Shown here piece by piece: positions 37,378 to 46,400 of a stretch of DNA of 64,000 bases. The translations under genes and the position numbers were made by a program. Source of the stretch: a virus. Where the stretch lies: IMG/VR virus record IMGVR_UViG_3300025528_000005, positions 69,139-133,138 of that record. One strand, written 5' to 3'. The notes under the pieces are model-generated. The model saw only the letters and a program-made list of their open reading frames with translations. It did no database searches and was not told where the DNA came from. The stretch's first letter is position 1. Each line of letters begins with the position of its first letter.

Positions 37378-38206
37378 AGTACCTGGATACATCCATGCTT
37401 TTGAGAGGGGCAGGAGTATCCCGACCATGGCTCGAGCTCATGTTGGCAAAGGCCTGGTCATTAGCATTGACCTAAAGGATTTCTTCACCTCTATCAAGCA
37501 GTACCATTTGTTTCAGATTTTCAAGCACCTGGGTTTTGGAGATGCACCGGCTCGGACCCTCTCCGAGCTCTGCACCTATCAAGCCTTCGTCCCGCAAGGC
37601 GGGTTGACCAGCCCCAAGCTGAGCAACATCGTCACGGCGCTGACGTTCGGACCGATTCTCAAGGAGTATTGTGACCGGAACGGCTATACGATCACAATCT
37701 ACGCGGATGACGTTACGATCTCGGCGAACGAAGATCTGATCGGCAAATACGGGATTGGTGCTGTTGAAGAAATCCTCCAATTTGTATCAGACACGGTCTC
37801 CTCCTTCGGCTTCCGAGTGAACCGCAGGAAGACCAAACTGATGCGCCCTTTCCAACGACAGTATGTATGCGGCGTCGTTGTGAACCGCACGATCAATCTG
37901 CAAAAAACTGAGCGTCGCAAACTCAGAGCCATGGTGTACAACGTGAAGCGTCACGGTGTCGAAGCAGAGGCCGCACGCAGCGGTCTCACGCCGAGCGCGT
38001 TCATCAGTCGACTCATGGGGCGATTGAACTGGTTCAGCCAGCTGAATCCCGAAGCTGGTGCTCGCTTGTTGTCAAAGCTTAGAGAAGTCGTTGAGGAGCA
38101 AGGCCAACCCAACGCCAGAGCTGGAGAAGTAGAAGCGATTGTGTCTTCAGACAGCTCAAGCACCGCACCAGGTGCCTCGACCGCATCCGATGCGCCCTGG
38201 AGCTAG
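37070..38206 (+). CDS. Retron-type reverse transcriptase
   Basis: K.R.L.NP, HAFERGRSI..MARAH (NAxxH-like), DLKDFFTSI, PQGGLTSPKLSN, YADD, and VCGVVVN (VTG-like); no maturase or endonuclease domain. Confidence 0.92.
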   Translation: MEVQETQQTTTPQTVQTRRQLRLAENVPIEPFNVSTNSELATLLKWKSAKLLTLLGRNKSTHYSTIYLKKKGKSGKLRILHNPDRLMRAVQYRILKEILEKVEVPGYIHAFERGRSIPTMARAHVGKGLVISIDLKDFFTSIKQYHLFQIFKHLGFGDAPARTLSELCTYQAFVPQGGLTSPKLSNIVTALTFGPILKEYCDRNGYTITIYADDVTISANEDLIGKYGIGAVEEILQFVSDTVSSFGFRVNRRKTKLMRPFQRQYVCGVVVNRTINLQKTERRKLRAMVYNVKRHGVEAEAARSGLTPSAFISRLMGRLNWFSQLNPEAGARLLSKLREVVEEQGQPNARAGEVEAIVSSDSSSTAPGASTASDAPWS

Positions 38207-38400
38207 TTTTCTAAGGTCTTTCTAGGCAAAAAGACCCGGTCTGTTTCACGAACGCACCAATTCCTGCAACTGCAGTATCCTTCGTTAAAGGGGGAGAGCA
38301 TTATGGGTTACACAATCCCGGGCCCGCAGCCGGCCCGCTCACAGGCTGCACCAAGTTCAATGTCTCAGTGTTAGCATCATAGACGAAGATCAGCGATATT
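38207..38400 (+). ncRNA. Candidate RT-associated structured RNA, 3' part
   Basis: GGTCTTT/AAAGACC and GCAGCC/GGCTGC hairpins; CTGTTTCACGA is complementary to 36497-36507. Confidence 0.45.
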
Positions 38401-38428
38401 GCTCCGGGGAAACCCGGAGCCTCTTTTT
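38401..38428 (+). terminator. Terminator of the RT unit
   Basis: GCTCCGGG-GAAA-CCCGGAGC-CTCTTTTT. Confidence 0.8.
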
Positions 38429-39533
38429 AGCCTAGATGAACTCCAGCTTCGTCTACAATGACGAAGTGACCGGATTTTCTCATCTCCACCGAGCCACTCT
38501 CTATTGTAAATGTGCCTCCATCAAACTCTGATTGGATGCCGCTTGAATTCATGATGGTTGTAGCGCCATCTTCGTGCTCTAAAAGAATCTTCTCTCCGTC
38601 AATCGTGACGATTTGGCGATCATCGAAGTTCGCCTGAATCATTGATTCGTTGATCGTAATGGTATTCCGATCTCCGAAGCTAAAGGTAAGCTGAGCTCCG
38701 GTCGCCTTCATCCGGGTGAACGTCCCTCCGGCTTTGATCCAGACTTCCTCATTCCCATTGAGCTCGACCGTTCGGCGCATAATCTCTTCGCCGCCGTCCG
38801 TGATCTGCTCCTTGAAGATCACTGAATTCGTCCCCGGAGCTGATCCTGCGTTTTGATGATCTGTTTTTATAGCTTCGGCTAAGGCCGTATCTCCGTAGTA
38901 GAGGTGATACTGATAGTCCTCAACCTTGCTGCTGGCAAAGCTATTCGTGTACCCCGTATATCGGTAGATCCGACCACGAAGGTTCTTGATCACGTCAGAC
39001 GATACGTCGGTGAAGTGCTCCCAGTTTCGAGACACAACCCTAACCAGGTCGTCCAACTTCGACAGGAAAATCTCTGAGAGCCTCGAGCTTCGCAGTAGAA
39101 CGGATCCGGCTCGAAGAAGGGCTACCATGCCTCCACCTATCGATGACAGGACACGATCACCGACCACCATGTCTCTAGGCTTGTTCTGGTCACTGGATAT
39201 GTTGGTGCCGCCTGGATTGTAGTTTCCAGTATCGATAAGCGTCTGTCCGGTATCGATTGAAATCGGGAAGGCATCGTGGGCTGCCTGAATTCGACCTAGG
39301 TAACCAGTGATCACCGGGTAGCCCAAGGTGTAGTCAAGCTTCACTCGATCCCCTAGCATTGGGGTTACCCTATCCCCTGCCCTGCTCGCCCCTCCCGAGA
39401 GCTGCTCCCACTGAACCCCATCCAGGTTCTGTCCTGAGAGAGTCTGGACTTTACAAACACGTCGATTGGGATCGACTTGTAATACGGTTCCTTCGTCGAA
39501 GTCCGAGTTAGGTTTTACTGGGTTCTTGAACAT
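38427..39533 (-). CDS. Baseplate central spike (gp5/gpV-like OB fold plus beta-helix)
   Basis: G.V..VDP.RR.CKV...P..GDRV.L....GYP OB pattern; C-terminal ITINES/VTIDGE/TTIMNS/FTIESG beta repeats. Confidence 0.75.
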   Translation of the reverse strand: MFKNPVKPNSDFDEGTVLQVDPNRRVCKVQTLSGQNLDGVQWEQLSGGASRAGDRVTPMLGDRVKLDYTLGYPVITGYLGRIQAAHDAFPISIDTGQTLIDTGNYNPGGTNISSDQNKPRDMVVGDRVLSSIGGGMVALLRAGSVLLRSSRLSEIFLSKLDDLVRVVSRNWEHFTDVSSDVIKNLRGRIYRYTGYTNSFASSKVEDYQYHLYYGDTALAEAIKTDHQNAGSAPGTNSVIFKEQITDGGEEIMRRTVELNGNEEVWIKAGGTFTRMKATGAQLTFSFGDRNTITINESMIQANFDDRQIVTIDGEKILLEHEDGATTIMNSSGIQSEFDGGTFTIESGSVEMRKSGHFVIVDEAGVHLG

Positions 39534-39546
39534 GCGGGCCGAGTAA

Positions 39547-39555
39547 TGGTATAAG
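39547..39555 (+). promoter_or_regulatory. Plus-strand island promoter (TGGTATAAG)
   Basis: Recurrent motif, divergent from the spike gene. Confidence 0.6.
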
Positions 39556-39618
39556 TAAGGTAGGAACGGAGTTTGCCGCTCCGCGTAATCATTTTAACAA
39601 TACCTTCTCCTTCAAATC

Positions 39619-40401
39619 ATGAAAATCCAGATCAAGTCGGATCTCCATAAGGAGACCCGTCCACAGGCCTATCGTGCCCAGGATGGGAATAGTAAATCCA
39701 TTATGCACCCGGATGCTGACATACTCATTCTTGCCGGGGATATTACCGACTACGCCAATCGTTTTGCCCTATATCACGAGCTCACGCGCTTCGATCGCCC
39801 AATCCTTTACGTTCCCGGCAATCACGAGTACTACCGGGCCGATCACGTCCGATTCGTGCTCCCGGAGCTCAAGGCTCTCTACAAGGGTACCAACGTCACC
39901 GTCCTCGATCGGGACTTCGTGAACATCCGAGGTGTTGCCTTCATCGGGGCGACGCTCTGGACCAATCTCACGGATCCGCTGAAGGCCGAGTCGGCCAGGA
40001 ATTCCTTGAACGACTTCCGTGTGCCTGGTCTTGATCCTGGCTGGTATACGATGCAGCACATCGAGGCGGTCAAGTTCCTCAAGCAAGCTTTGGAGTTGCA
40101 CTCGCATCTGAAGCGAGTCGTGATCACTCATCATGCGCCGAGCCACCTCTCGATCCATCCGCGATACGTCAACAACCAGCTGAACTGCTGCTTCGTTTCA
40201 AACCAGTCGGACCTGATGCTCGATTATGAGCCGCAGCTCTGGGTTCATGGACATACCCACGACCCTTTCGATTACAACATCGGTAAGACCCGTGTGATCT
40301 GTAATCCGAAGGGTTATCCCGGTGAAAAGGCACAGACACGCCTCTCTGATCCGGAGCCGCCTACCCTTATCTACAACGAGGACCTCATCGTCGAAATCTG
40401 A
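39619..40401 (+). CDS. Calcineurin-like metallophosphoesterase
   Basis: SDLH, LAGD, PGNHEYY, THHAP and HGHTH motifs. Confidence 0.92.
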   Translation: MKIQIKSDLHKETRPQAYRAQDGNSKSIMHPDADILILAGDITDYANRFALYHELTRFDRPILYVPGNHEYYRADHVRFVLPELKALYKGTNVTVLDRDFVNIRGVAFIGATLWTNLTDPLKAESARNSLNDFRVPGLDPGWYTMQHIEAVKFLKQALELHSHLKRVVITHHAPSHLSIHPRYVNNQLNCCFVSNQSDLMLDYEPQLWVHGHTHDPFDYNIGKTRVICNPKGYPGEKAQTRLSDPEPPTLIYNEDLIVEI

Positions 40402-40533
40402 AACCGCAGAGAGGAGGATGGCCTTAGGAATGGAGTGGAGTATCAGACACCGAGCCTTCCGCAGTCAGTGGCAAGGCTAATTCTAGTGCGACCACAATTT
40501 TAGAGAGGGAGTCCGCCACAGAAAGGAGGAGTA

Positions 40534-40977
40534 ATGTCTCGCCCACCATCCTTCCAGCAAGTCGCCCGACTCGCCGTGGAAGGAGTCGATAGCATTCTCG
40601 CGGAGTCAGAACGACGTTTCGGACCAGTTCCAAGGAAGCTCACCCGGTTCGAGATAAACGACCTCCACGAGATTCGAACTCTGCTCACAGAGTTTCTAGC
40701 TGGCGTTTATTCCCGGCCGCAACCAACCCCACCGCAACAACCACAACAACAACCATATGAGGATAGATATGACGCAAGACTTAGAGATGAGAGAGAACCT
40801 GCGCAGGCACGTTATCATCAGCGCGGACAGAATGGTCGAGGAGGCGATCGAGAAGTTTGGGCCTATGAAGCTCGAGATGTCCCTCCAAGACGAGATCCAC
40901 TTTCACATCGCCCTTATTCTGCTGAACCGAGTGATGCTGCGTCGCTACGGCTTCGTTCCTTCCCTTCTGAGAGATAG
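40534..40977 (+). CDS. Hypothetical protein
   Basis: GGAGGAG RBS; helical N-terminus; the low-complexity tail overlaps the next ORF. Confidence 0.5.
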   Translation: MSRPPSFQQVARLAVEGVDSILAESERRFGPVPRKLTRFEINDLHEIRTLLTEFLAGVYSRPQPTPPQQPQQQPYEDRYDARLRDEREPAQARYHQRGQNGRGGDREVWAYEARDVPPRRDPLSHRPYSAEPSDAASLRLRSFPSER

Positions 40978-40984
40978 CCTATGA
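40769..40984 (+). CDS. Small hypothetical protein
   Basis: GAGG RBS; its stop overlaps the macrodomain start. Confidence 0.5.
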   Translation: MTQDLEMRENLRRHVIISADRMVEEAIEKFGPMKLEMSLQDEIHFHIALILLNRVMLRRYGFVPSLLRDSL

Positions 40985-41484
40985 TCCAAGAACACGTCGG
41001 AGATCTCCTACGGGTGCCGAATGGCATCATCGTCCATGGCTGCAATGCGAAAGGCGTCATGGGCAGCGGCGTGGCTAAGCAGATCCGAGCGACCTGGCCA
41101 GGCTGCTATGCCGTCTACCGCAAGGAGTATGAACGCGCCGGCCTGAAGGTCGGAGACGTCATCTTCTACAAAGTCCATGACCATCTTCTTATCGCCAATG
41201 CCATCACTCAGGAGACCTTCGGTCGGAATCCGAACGTCGTCTATGTCGATTACGATGGTGTCCGTTCGTGCTTTGAAAAAATCGCAGTGATGGCTCGCTG
41301 GAAGGAACTTCCGGTCCACTTTCCGCTTATAGGATGTGGCCTGGCAAACGGGAGTTGGGACGTCGTCTCGCAGATCATCGACTATGTCGTCCCGGATCCC
41401 ATTGAGAAGCATCTTTGGGTCCCATCGGAACCTCCGCCAGCCGCAGCTTCTGCGAAGCTTCAACTTGAACAAACCGCTGCTTGA
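40981..41484 (+). CDS. Macrodomain (ADP-ribose binding/hydrolase) protein
   Basis: GDLL...IIVHGCNAKGVMGSGVAKQI and FPLIGCGLANGSW. Confidence 0.9.
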   Translation: MIQEHVGDLLRVPNGIIVHGCNAKGVMGSGVAKQIRATWPGCYAVYRKEYERAGLKVGDVIFYKVHDHLLIANAITQETFGRNPNVVYVDYDGVRSCFEKIAVMARWKELPVHFPLIGCGLANGSWDVVSQIIDYVVPDPIEKHLWVPSEPPPAAASAKLQLEQTAA

Positions 41485-41573
41485 TGAGGAAGGTTATGAA
41501 AGTTGTCGACTTCATCGTGGGGCCAGTCCTCATCCTCTTGGATGAAGCTAAGTGGACCTAAACGTTAACTGAA

Positions 41574-41605
41574 AGAAGCCCCGGTGTAACGCCGGGGTTT
41601 CTCCT
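41574..41605 (+). terminator. Intrinsic terminator
   Basis: GAAGCCCCGG-TGTAACG-CCGGGGTTTCTCCTTT. Confidence 0.6.
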
Positions 41606-41619
41606 TTGAAAGGAGAGAT

Positions 41620-42003
41620 ATGAAAGCCAAAGCCTACAAGGTTAAGTGCCACTGCAGCAACGAATATGCCGAGTGTCCATCCGTTGCAACGTTTGAGGTC
41701 GACGAGAAGTTGGCCAAGGAGATCGGTCGGCTGGCTCAGCTTGTCAAGGATAATGACCTGCATACGGTCGAAAAATACTGCTACCGAGCCACCTGGCACT
41801 GGATTGATCCGGACGATTTCGAAGGACTGGAAGAGGCAGATGAAAAAGAGGATCGCAACACGATGCGATCGGAATGCGACATTCTCTGCATCTCTAATGA
41901 CGAATTTTGGTTCCGGTGCTACCAGAAGCATCATGATGACCTGATCACCACGGAAGGCCAAAGCATCATCGATCTCTTAAAGCACTTCGAAATCCCCGGT
42001 TAG
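41620..42003 (+). CDS. Acidic hypothetical protein
   Basis: AAGGAG RBS; 127 aa. Confidence 0.65.
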   Translation: MKAKAYKVKCHCSNEYAECPSVATFEVDEKLAKEIGRLAQLVKDNDLHTVEKYCYRATWHWIDPDDFEGLEEADEKEDRNTMRSECDILCISNDEFWFRCYQKHHDDLITTEGQSIIDLLKHFEIPG

Positions 42004-42075
42004 AACCGGACCCTCTGCCTCGACGGAGGCACAACCATCCTGTAGATTCACATCGAAAGAAAGGATATTGTCTCT

Positions 42076-42690
42076 ATGTCTGTCAGCATGGGGATGAAGA
42101 TGCTCGACCACCCTGAACGCTGGACGCTGGAAGAGTTTCTGACCTGGGAAGGGAAGCAGCCAGAGCGGTACGAGCTGGTCGACGGGCAACCTCGTATGAT
42201 GGCCGGAGGAACCCTGGCCCACAGCGTCATACAGAGCAACATCACTACCATCTTGAACCTCGGACTCCGTGATAATCCGTGCCGGCCCCATGGCGATAAC
42301 CTGCGAATTCCCATTCCTAAGACGGGAAACGTCCGAATGCCTGACGCAGCGATAGACTGCGGTTCGTTCGATCAGAAATCGAGGACGGCCATCGAACCGG
42401 CAGTCGTCGTCGAGGTTCTGTCGAATTCCAACCGCTGGCAGGACGTGCTTCAGCTTCTCGAGGACTACGACAGCGTCCCGTCCATTCAATGCTACATCAT
42501 GATCGAGCAGGACAAGTGCTGGGTTAGGGTCTATGAGCGAAACGAATCAAGCCGACTCACACCCACGGCTACTTATATGTCACTAGAGGATCGGTTCGTC
42601 ATCCCTACGTTCAACATCGAGGTTAAGCTTAGCGAGCTGTACGACCGGATCACTTTCGAAACCAGGGAGACGGAAGAGGCACAGGAGTAG
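42076..42690 (+). CDS. Uma2/DUF820-family PD-(D/E)xK protein
   Basis: RYELVDG...MAGGT..HS, PDAA..C, VVVEVLS.S, and Y..VPS...Y..I.QD. Confidence 0.9.
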   Translation: MSVSMGMKMLDHPERWTLEEFLTWEGKQPERYELVDGQPRMMAGGTLAHSVIQSNITTILNLGLRDNPCRPHGDNLRIPIPKTGNVRMPDAAIDCGSFDQKSRTAIEPAVVVEVLSNSNRWQDVLQLLEDYDSVPSIQCYIMIEQDKCWVRVYERNESSRLTPTATYMSLEDRFVIPTFNIEVKLSELYDRITFETRETEEAQE

Positions 42691-42715
42691 TTCGGATACT
42701 GGTCTCCAGGGGGAA

Positions 42716-42744
42716 TAAAAAAACCCCGGCGCAATGCCGGGGTC
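42716..42744 (-). terminator. Terminator after the tail tube gene
   Basis: CCCCGGC-GCAAT-GCCGGGG with an A-run on the + strand (U-tail on the - strand). Confidence 0.7.
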
Positions 42745-42818
42745 GCCCTCCGTCAGAAAGGAGCAAACGAACGGAGGGTCTTGAGCGTGGTTCTGACGCC
42801 TTTTTTTAGTCTTTATAA

Positions 42819-43490
42819 TCAGGCGAATGAGACCGGAACCGGGCGATCGAACTGAATCATGATGTTCTCGACAATGACCGGAGCCTGGCTGGCAATCTGG
42901 AAGGAGTAGTTCTGGAACATTGCATATTCCAGATACACCGCACTCAGCACCTTGCCGTAGCCATCGCCCCCACCACGAGTCTTGAACAGCATCAGCAGTC
43001 CGAAAGGTACGGCAAAATACTCCGAATCCAGATTCATCATGATTTCAGGGTTCGGGCTTTCCGCACCGGGACTTCCATAACCTGCGACGTTCTGAATGGG
43101 CCGATAGGCCACCTTGCTCAGAGCATGCAGAATGTTGGATTGGTCCGCCAGCATCTTGCTCAAAGAGAGAGCGTGCTGTGTCTTACCACGGGTGAAGAAG
43201 GATCGGTTCGAGCCGATCTCATAGAGACGCTGCAGGCCAGAGTCAGCCTGGAAGGAGATACCGTCGACCAGGCCTATAGGCGTAAGAATCGAAGCGTCAC
43301 CGCTCAGACCCGTAAAGCGTGCCGGGCCTGCGTAGAGAATTGTGCTGTCAGGAGTAGCTGAGAACTGGCTAAATCGCTCGTAGCCGTCTTCGTTCAAACG
43401 GTCTACGTAATCGCCTTTCCAGTCCCAGGATGTGCTGAAGTTCGAATCCCGAGCAGTGGGTAGAACGTCATTTTCCGGCGTAGCGGCCAT
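42819..43490 (-). CDS. Tail tube protein
   Basis: Follows the sheath gene; RLYEIGSNRSFF and Y.F.IAS...VI.EN..IQF patterns. Confidence 0.75.
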   Translation of the reverse strand: MAATPENDVLPTARDSNFSTSWDWKGDYVDRLNEDGYERFSQFSATPDSTILYAGPARFTGLSGDASILTPIGLVDGISFQADSGLQRLYEIGSNRSFFTRGKTQHALSLSKMLADQSNILHALSKVAYRPIQNVAGYGSPGAESPNPEIMMNLDSEYFAVPFGLLMLFKTRGGGDGYGKVLSAVYLEYAMFQNYSFQIASQAPVIVENIMIQFDRPVPVSFA

Positions 43491-43558
43491 GTATATTCCT
43501 TAAATAATGAGTCGGCCGCAGGGGCGGCCATAGACAGATAGGCAAAGTCTTCGATCTG

Positions 43559-43565
43559 TATTTTA
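43559..43565 (-). promoter_or_regulatory. Late promoter motif TAAAATA
   Basis: Upstream of the tail tube gene. Confidence 0.65.
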
Positions 43566-43641
43566 GTCAGATATTCCGAGACTAAAGAAAAACCGCTACG
43601 GCTAAGCGTAGCGGCTTCAAGACTATCCGAGCTTATTGTTA

Positions 43642-46278
43642 TTAGACGGTCAGGAAGATGTTCACGTAGTTCATCGGAACACCAATCTCTGCCCTTAGCT
43701 CGCAGTCCACGTTGTCTCGGTTGTCGGGATTCTGCTCGAGCCTCAGGATCTGTAGAGACAGCAGAGGAGGACCGATCTTCGGCAGCTTCTGACCCATCAG
43801 CAGAGAACCGCCGGCAGTGATCGTCTGACGCAGGGTATTCAGGCTGTCCGGAGTGATGTTCCAAGTTCCGATGAAACCCTGCAGGATCTGCACGAAGTAG
43901 TAGCTCAAGAAGTCGATGTTCTTGACCTGCTGAATTTCGCGGTACTGCAGCACGCTCATATCCGTGGTCAGTTCGTGACGGACATACGGCGTCGAGGTCT
44001 GGGTCTGCTGCACGAACAGGAAGGTTCCCGCCTCAGCCATCGTATCCATCTGAGCCCGGGTGAAGTAGAAGTTCGAGTGGCTCAGCGTCGAGATACCGGC
44101 GACCGAGATGTTGGTGAAACCTTGTTGGACCGGGAAGCCTGCGATCATACCGGCAACCGTGCACGACAGGTAGTAGCCCGGCAGATTCTTCACGGTACCG
44201 TTGATGTTGATACCGCAGATATCCGGCATCACATTGACGATACGACGAGAGCGATAGGTCAAGCTCTGGGCTGCCACAGCCTGGGCCTGTTGGGCCTTGG
44301 TCAGAGACCGGGTGATGTAATAGTTCACGCCAGTCGCGGTACCGAGAGCCTGGATAGCGATTTGCTGGTTGTTCAGGACTTGCAACACCTGAGCCGTACC
44401 GACAGGATCTGGGCTACCGATACCAGCTGTGATGTGAACGATGTCTCCCGGTGTCACGCCATCGCTGATGAAGGTGGCGTTCGAAGCCGTCAGGACATAG
44501 TTGCCGGCGATCTGAGTGATCGTGTTGTTGCCACCGTTCGAGTTAACCAGAGTCTCCGAGTATGGACCAACATTGTTGCTGGTCGGCAGGGCGTGGTTGA
44601 CGATAGCCATGCGCCAGGATGCCATCTCAGGCGTCGACATCTGTTCGACATGGGTCTTGAACAAGGCAAGGATGGCCGGATCCTGGGTAAGCGGAACCAG
44701 AGCATAAAGCTCGGCACCTTCAGCCATATCCAGAGCATCTTGATAGCCGAGCAGATCGTTGCTCGAGACGGCGATGGCGCAAACTTGTGTGGTCGTGTTG
44801 GCCATGGCCAATTGCACGCCAAGCGCCAGCGGGTTCTCGTCAGTCGGATCTCCGAGCGTACCCACGATGTCATCCGGGTTGGCGATCTCCAGCACCGTGC
44901 CGGACAGATCCTTACGCAGAGCCTTGTAGGCGATGTTCACCGCCCCGCTGATCACGGTACCGTAGGCAACGCGAGGCTGCGGGTTGATGACGATCTGACC
45001 AGTAGTACCGGTGGCCGAAGTGTCGTAGTTCTGATAGGCACCGATCATTTCCGGCAGCCGCTGGTTATTGTAGAGCTTCCGAGTCCGCACGATCATGGAA
45101 GCGACGCGCGTAATCTTAGCGGAGCTCACGGCCGTGACGATCGGATTGCTCAGTCCGGTGAACTCGAGGTTGCCGGCGTCAACTGTTCCGATGGTCGTGT
45201 AGAGATCGCTACCCCCGGCACCAGCACCTTCGATGATGATCTGATCCCCGTCAGAGAAACCGTCGACGGAATCCACCGTGATGTCGGTAGCATTTGCAGC
45301 AGCCGGAGCAGCGAGCGTGGTCGTGGCGCTGAGATCCGACGGCAGCATGTCGGCGATGTTCAAGGTTTGGATTTCTTCGGTCAGATCAATGACACTCACG
45401 ACGCTCGAGGTGAAGATCACAGTGTCACCGCTGGTGCTCTCATATTGGATTTCGAGCTCGTCACCAGGCTCGACACGCAGCGTCGAGGTGTTCGGATTGA
45501 TATTCGAGATCTCAAGCTTGGTGATCGTCGCCGACGCGTTGGAAGTACCGGCATCGGTCTCCAGAGAGACCGTGGTTCCAGTGATGTTGGTAATCGTAGT
45601 GATAAGATCTGCTCCGGCAACACCGGCACCGGTTACTCGCACCGGATCCCCAACGGTGAACTGGTAAGCGTTAGTGACGTTGAGCAGTTCATCCGAACCG
45701 GCAGTCGCCTCAGCTGGACTCTGAGCCGCAGCCATGGTCAGCTGGCTAAGGCCGCTGGCGCCGGTGAATTGCGTAGCCAGGGTTTCGATCCGGGCATCGT
45801 TCAAGTAGACCTGGATCGAATCCACCTCCACTTCCTGACCTGGCTTCTGACCAGGGAGGATAAAGGTGTTCTGAACCTGGTTATTGGCGATGAAGCCGGT
45901 CTTGGTGACAGTCGCCTCAGAAACGTCGGTACTGGCCGCCGTGTCCAGGGTCACCTGATATCCGGACACTTCCACAACCTTGGCAGTCAGAGTTGCTCCG
46001 GACGCAGCGGCTCCGGAAACCAGGACAGTATCGCCGACCGCAAACGGAGATTGCTCCTCGAGAGTGAGGATTGCAGAACCGGCGGTCATGCTACCGACGG
46101 CCGACACGGGGGACAGGGCCGTGGTTTCAATCAGGGAAGAGGTGGAACCAGCAACGTAGGCCAGAACATTGTAGCAGGGGCCGATGATGCAGGCGTTAAG
46201 GTTGGGAGTGACGTTCGCCACGCCACCAGCTTGTGCTAATTGCTGATAGACGAGAACGCTGGGTAAGACGTAAGCCAA
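43642..46278 (-). CDS. Tail sheath protein
   Basis: YVLPSVLVYQ N-terminus; conserved C-terminus (GYY...VAG......QQGFTN, G..LF.Q, VRH.LTTD....RE). Confidence 0.88.
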   Translation of the reverse strand: MAYVLPSVLVYQQLAQAGGVANVTPNLNACIIGPCYNVLAYVAGSTSSLIETTALSPVSAVGSMTAGSAILTLEEQSPFAVGDTVLVSGAAASGATLTAKVVEVSGYQVTLDTAASTDVSEATVTKTGFIANNQVQNTFILPGQKPGQEVEVDSIQVYLNDARIETLATQFTGASGLSQLTMAAAQSPAEATAGSDELLNVTNAYQFTVGDPVRVTGAGVAGADLITTITNITGTTVSLETDAGTSNASATITKLEISNINPNTSTLRVEPGDELEIQYESTSGDTVIFTSSVVSVIDLTEEIQTLNIADMLPSDLSATTTLAAPAAANATDITVDSVDGFSDGDQIIIEGAGAGGSDLYTTIGTVDAGNLEFTGLSNPIVTAVSSAKITRVASMIVRTRKLYNNQRLPEMIGAYQNYDTSATGTTGQIVINPQPRVAYGTVISGAVNIAYKALRKDLSGTVLEIANPDDIVGTLGDPTDENPLALGVQLAMANTTTQVCAIAVSSNDLLGYQDALDMAEGAELYALVPLTQDPAILALFKTHVEQMSTPEMASWRMAIVNHALPTSNNVGPYSETLVNSNGGNNTITQIAGNYVLTASNATFISDGVTPGDIVHITAGIGSPDPVGTAQVLQVLNNQQIAIQALGTATGVNYYITRSLTKAQQAQAVAAQSLTYRSRRIVNVMPDICGININGTVKNLPGYYLSCTVAGMIAGFPVQQGFTNISVAGISTLSHSNFYFTRAQMDTMAEAGTFLFVQQTQTSTPYVRHELTTDMSVLQYREIQQVKNIDFLSYYFVQILQGFIGTWNITPDSLNTLRQTITAGGSLLMGQKLPKIGPPLLSLQILRLEQNPDNRDNVDCELRAEIGVPMNYVNIFLTV

Positions 46279-46366
46279 TTTTTACTCCAAATATGGGTAG
46301 ATAAATGTCGTTCGGCCCAGACTTGGTCAGTCTCTGACCGGAAATTTCTTTCGCGTTGTATGCTTG

Positions 46367-46373
46367 TATTTTA
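46367..46373 (-). promoter_or_regulatory. Late promoter motif TAAAATA
   Basis: Upstream of the sheath gene. Confidence 0.65.
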
Positions 46374-46400
46374 GCTCGGAGTTCCGGCTTCTGACCTAGA

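Noticed and set aside
38303-38374. 23-codon ORF after a GGGGAG element in the RT trailer
   Set aside because: Too short and featureless; the purine run is better explained by RNA pairing.
36460-38420. CRISPR-like or evenly spaced repeat array beside the RT
   Set aside because: I searched both flanks by eye and found only hairpins and short, irregularly spaced matches (AAGGTTCT twice, GACGACCGT/AACGACCGT, GGCCCGC twice). No regular repeat-spacer period was seen.
36460-38420. Group II intron
   Set aside because: No GUGYG 5' end, no domain V/VI, no maturase X domain and no interrupted host gene.
37070-39533. Diversity-generating retroelement targeting the adjacent spike gene
   Set aside because: The RT motifs are retron-like, no TR/VR repeat pair differing at adenines was seen, and there is no Avd-like gene.
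43975-46239. 754 aa plus-strand ORF
   Set aside because: It is the antisense shadow of the tail sheath gene. Strong codon bias on the coding strand keeps this frame open, and it has no RBS, promoter or motifs.
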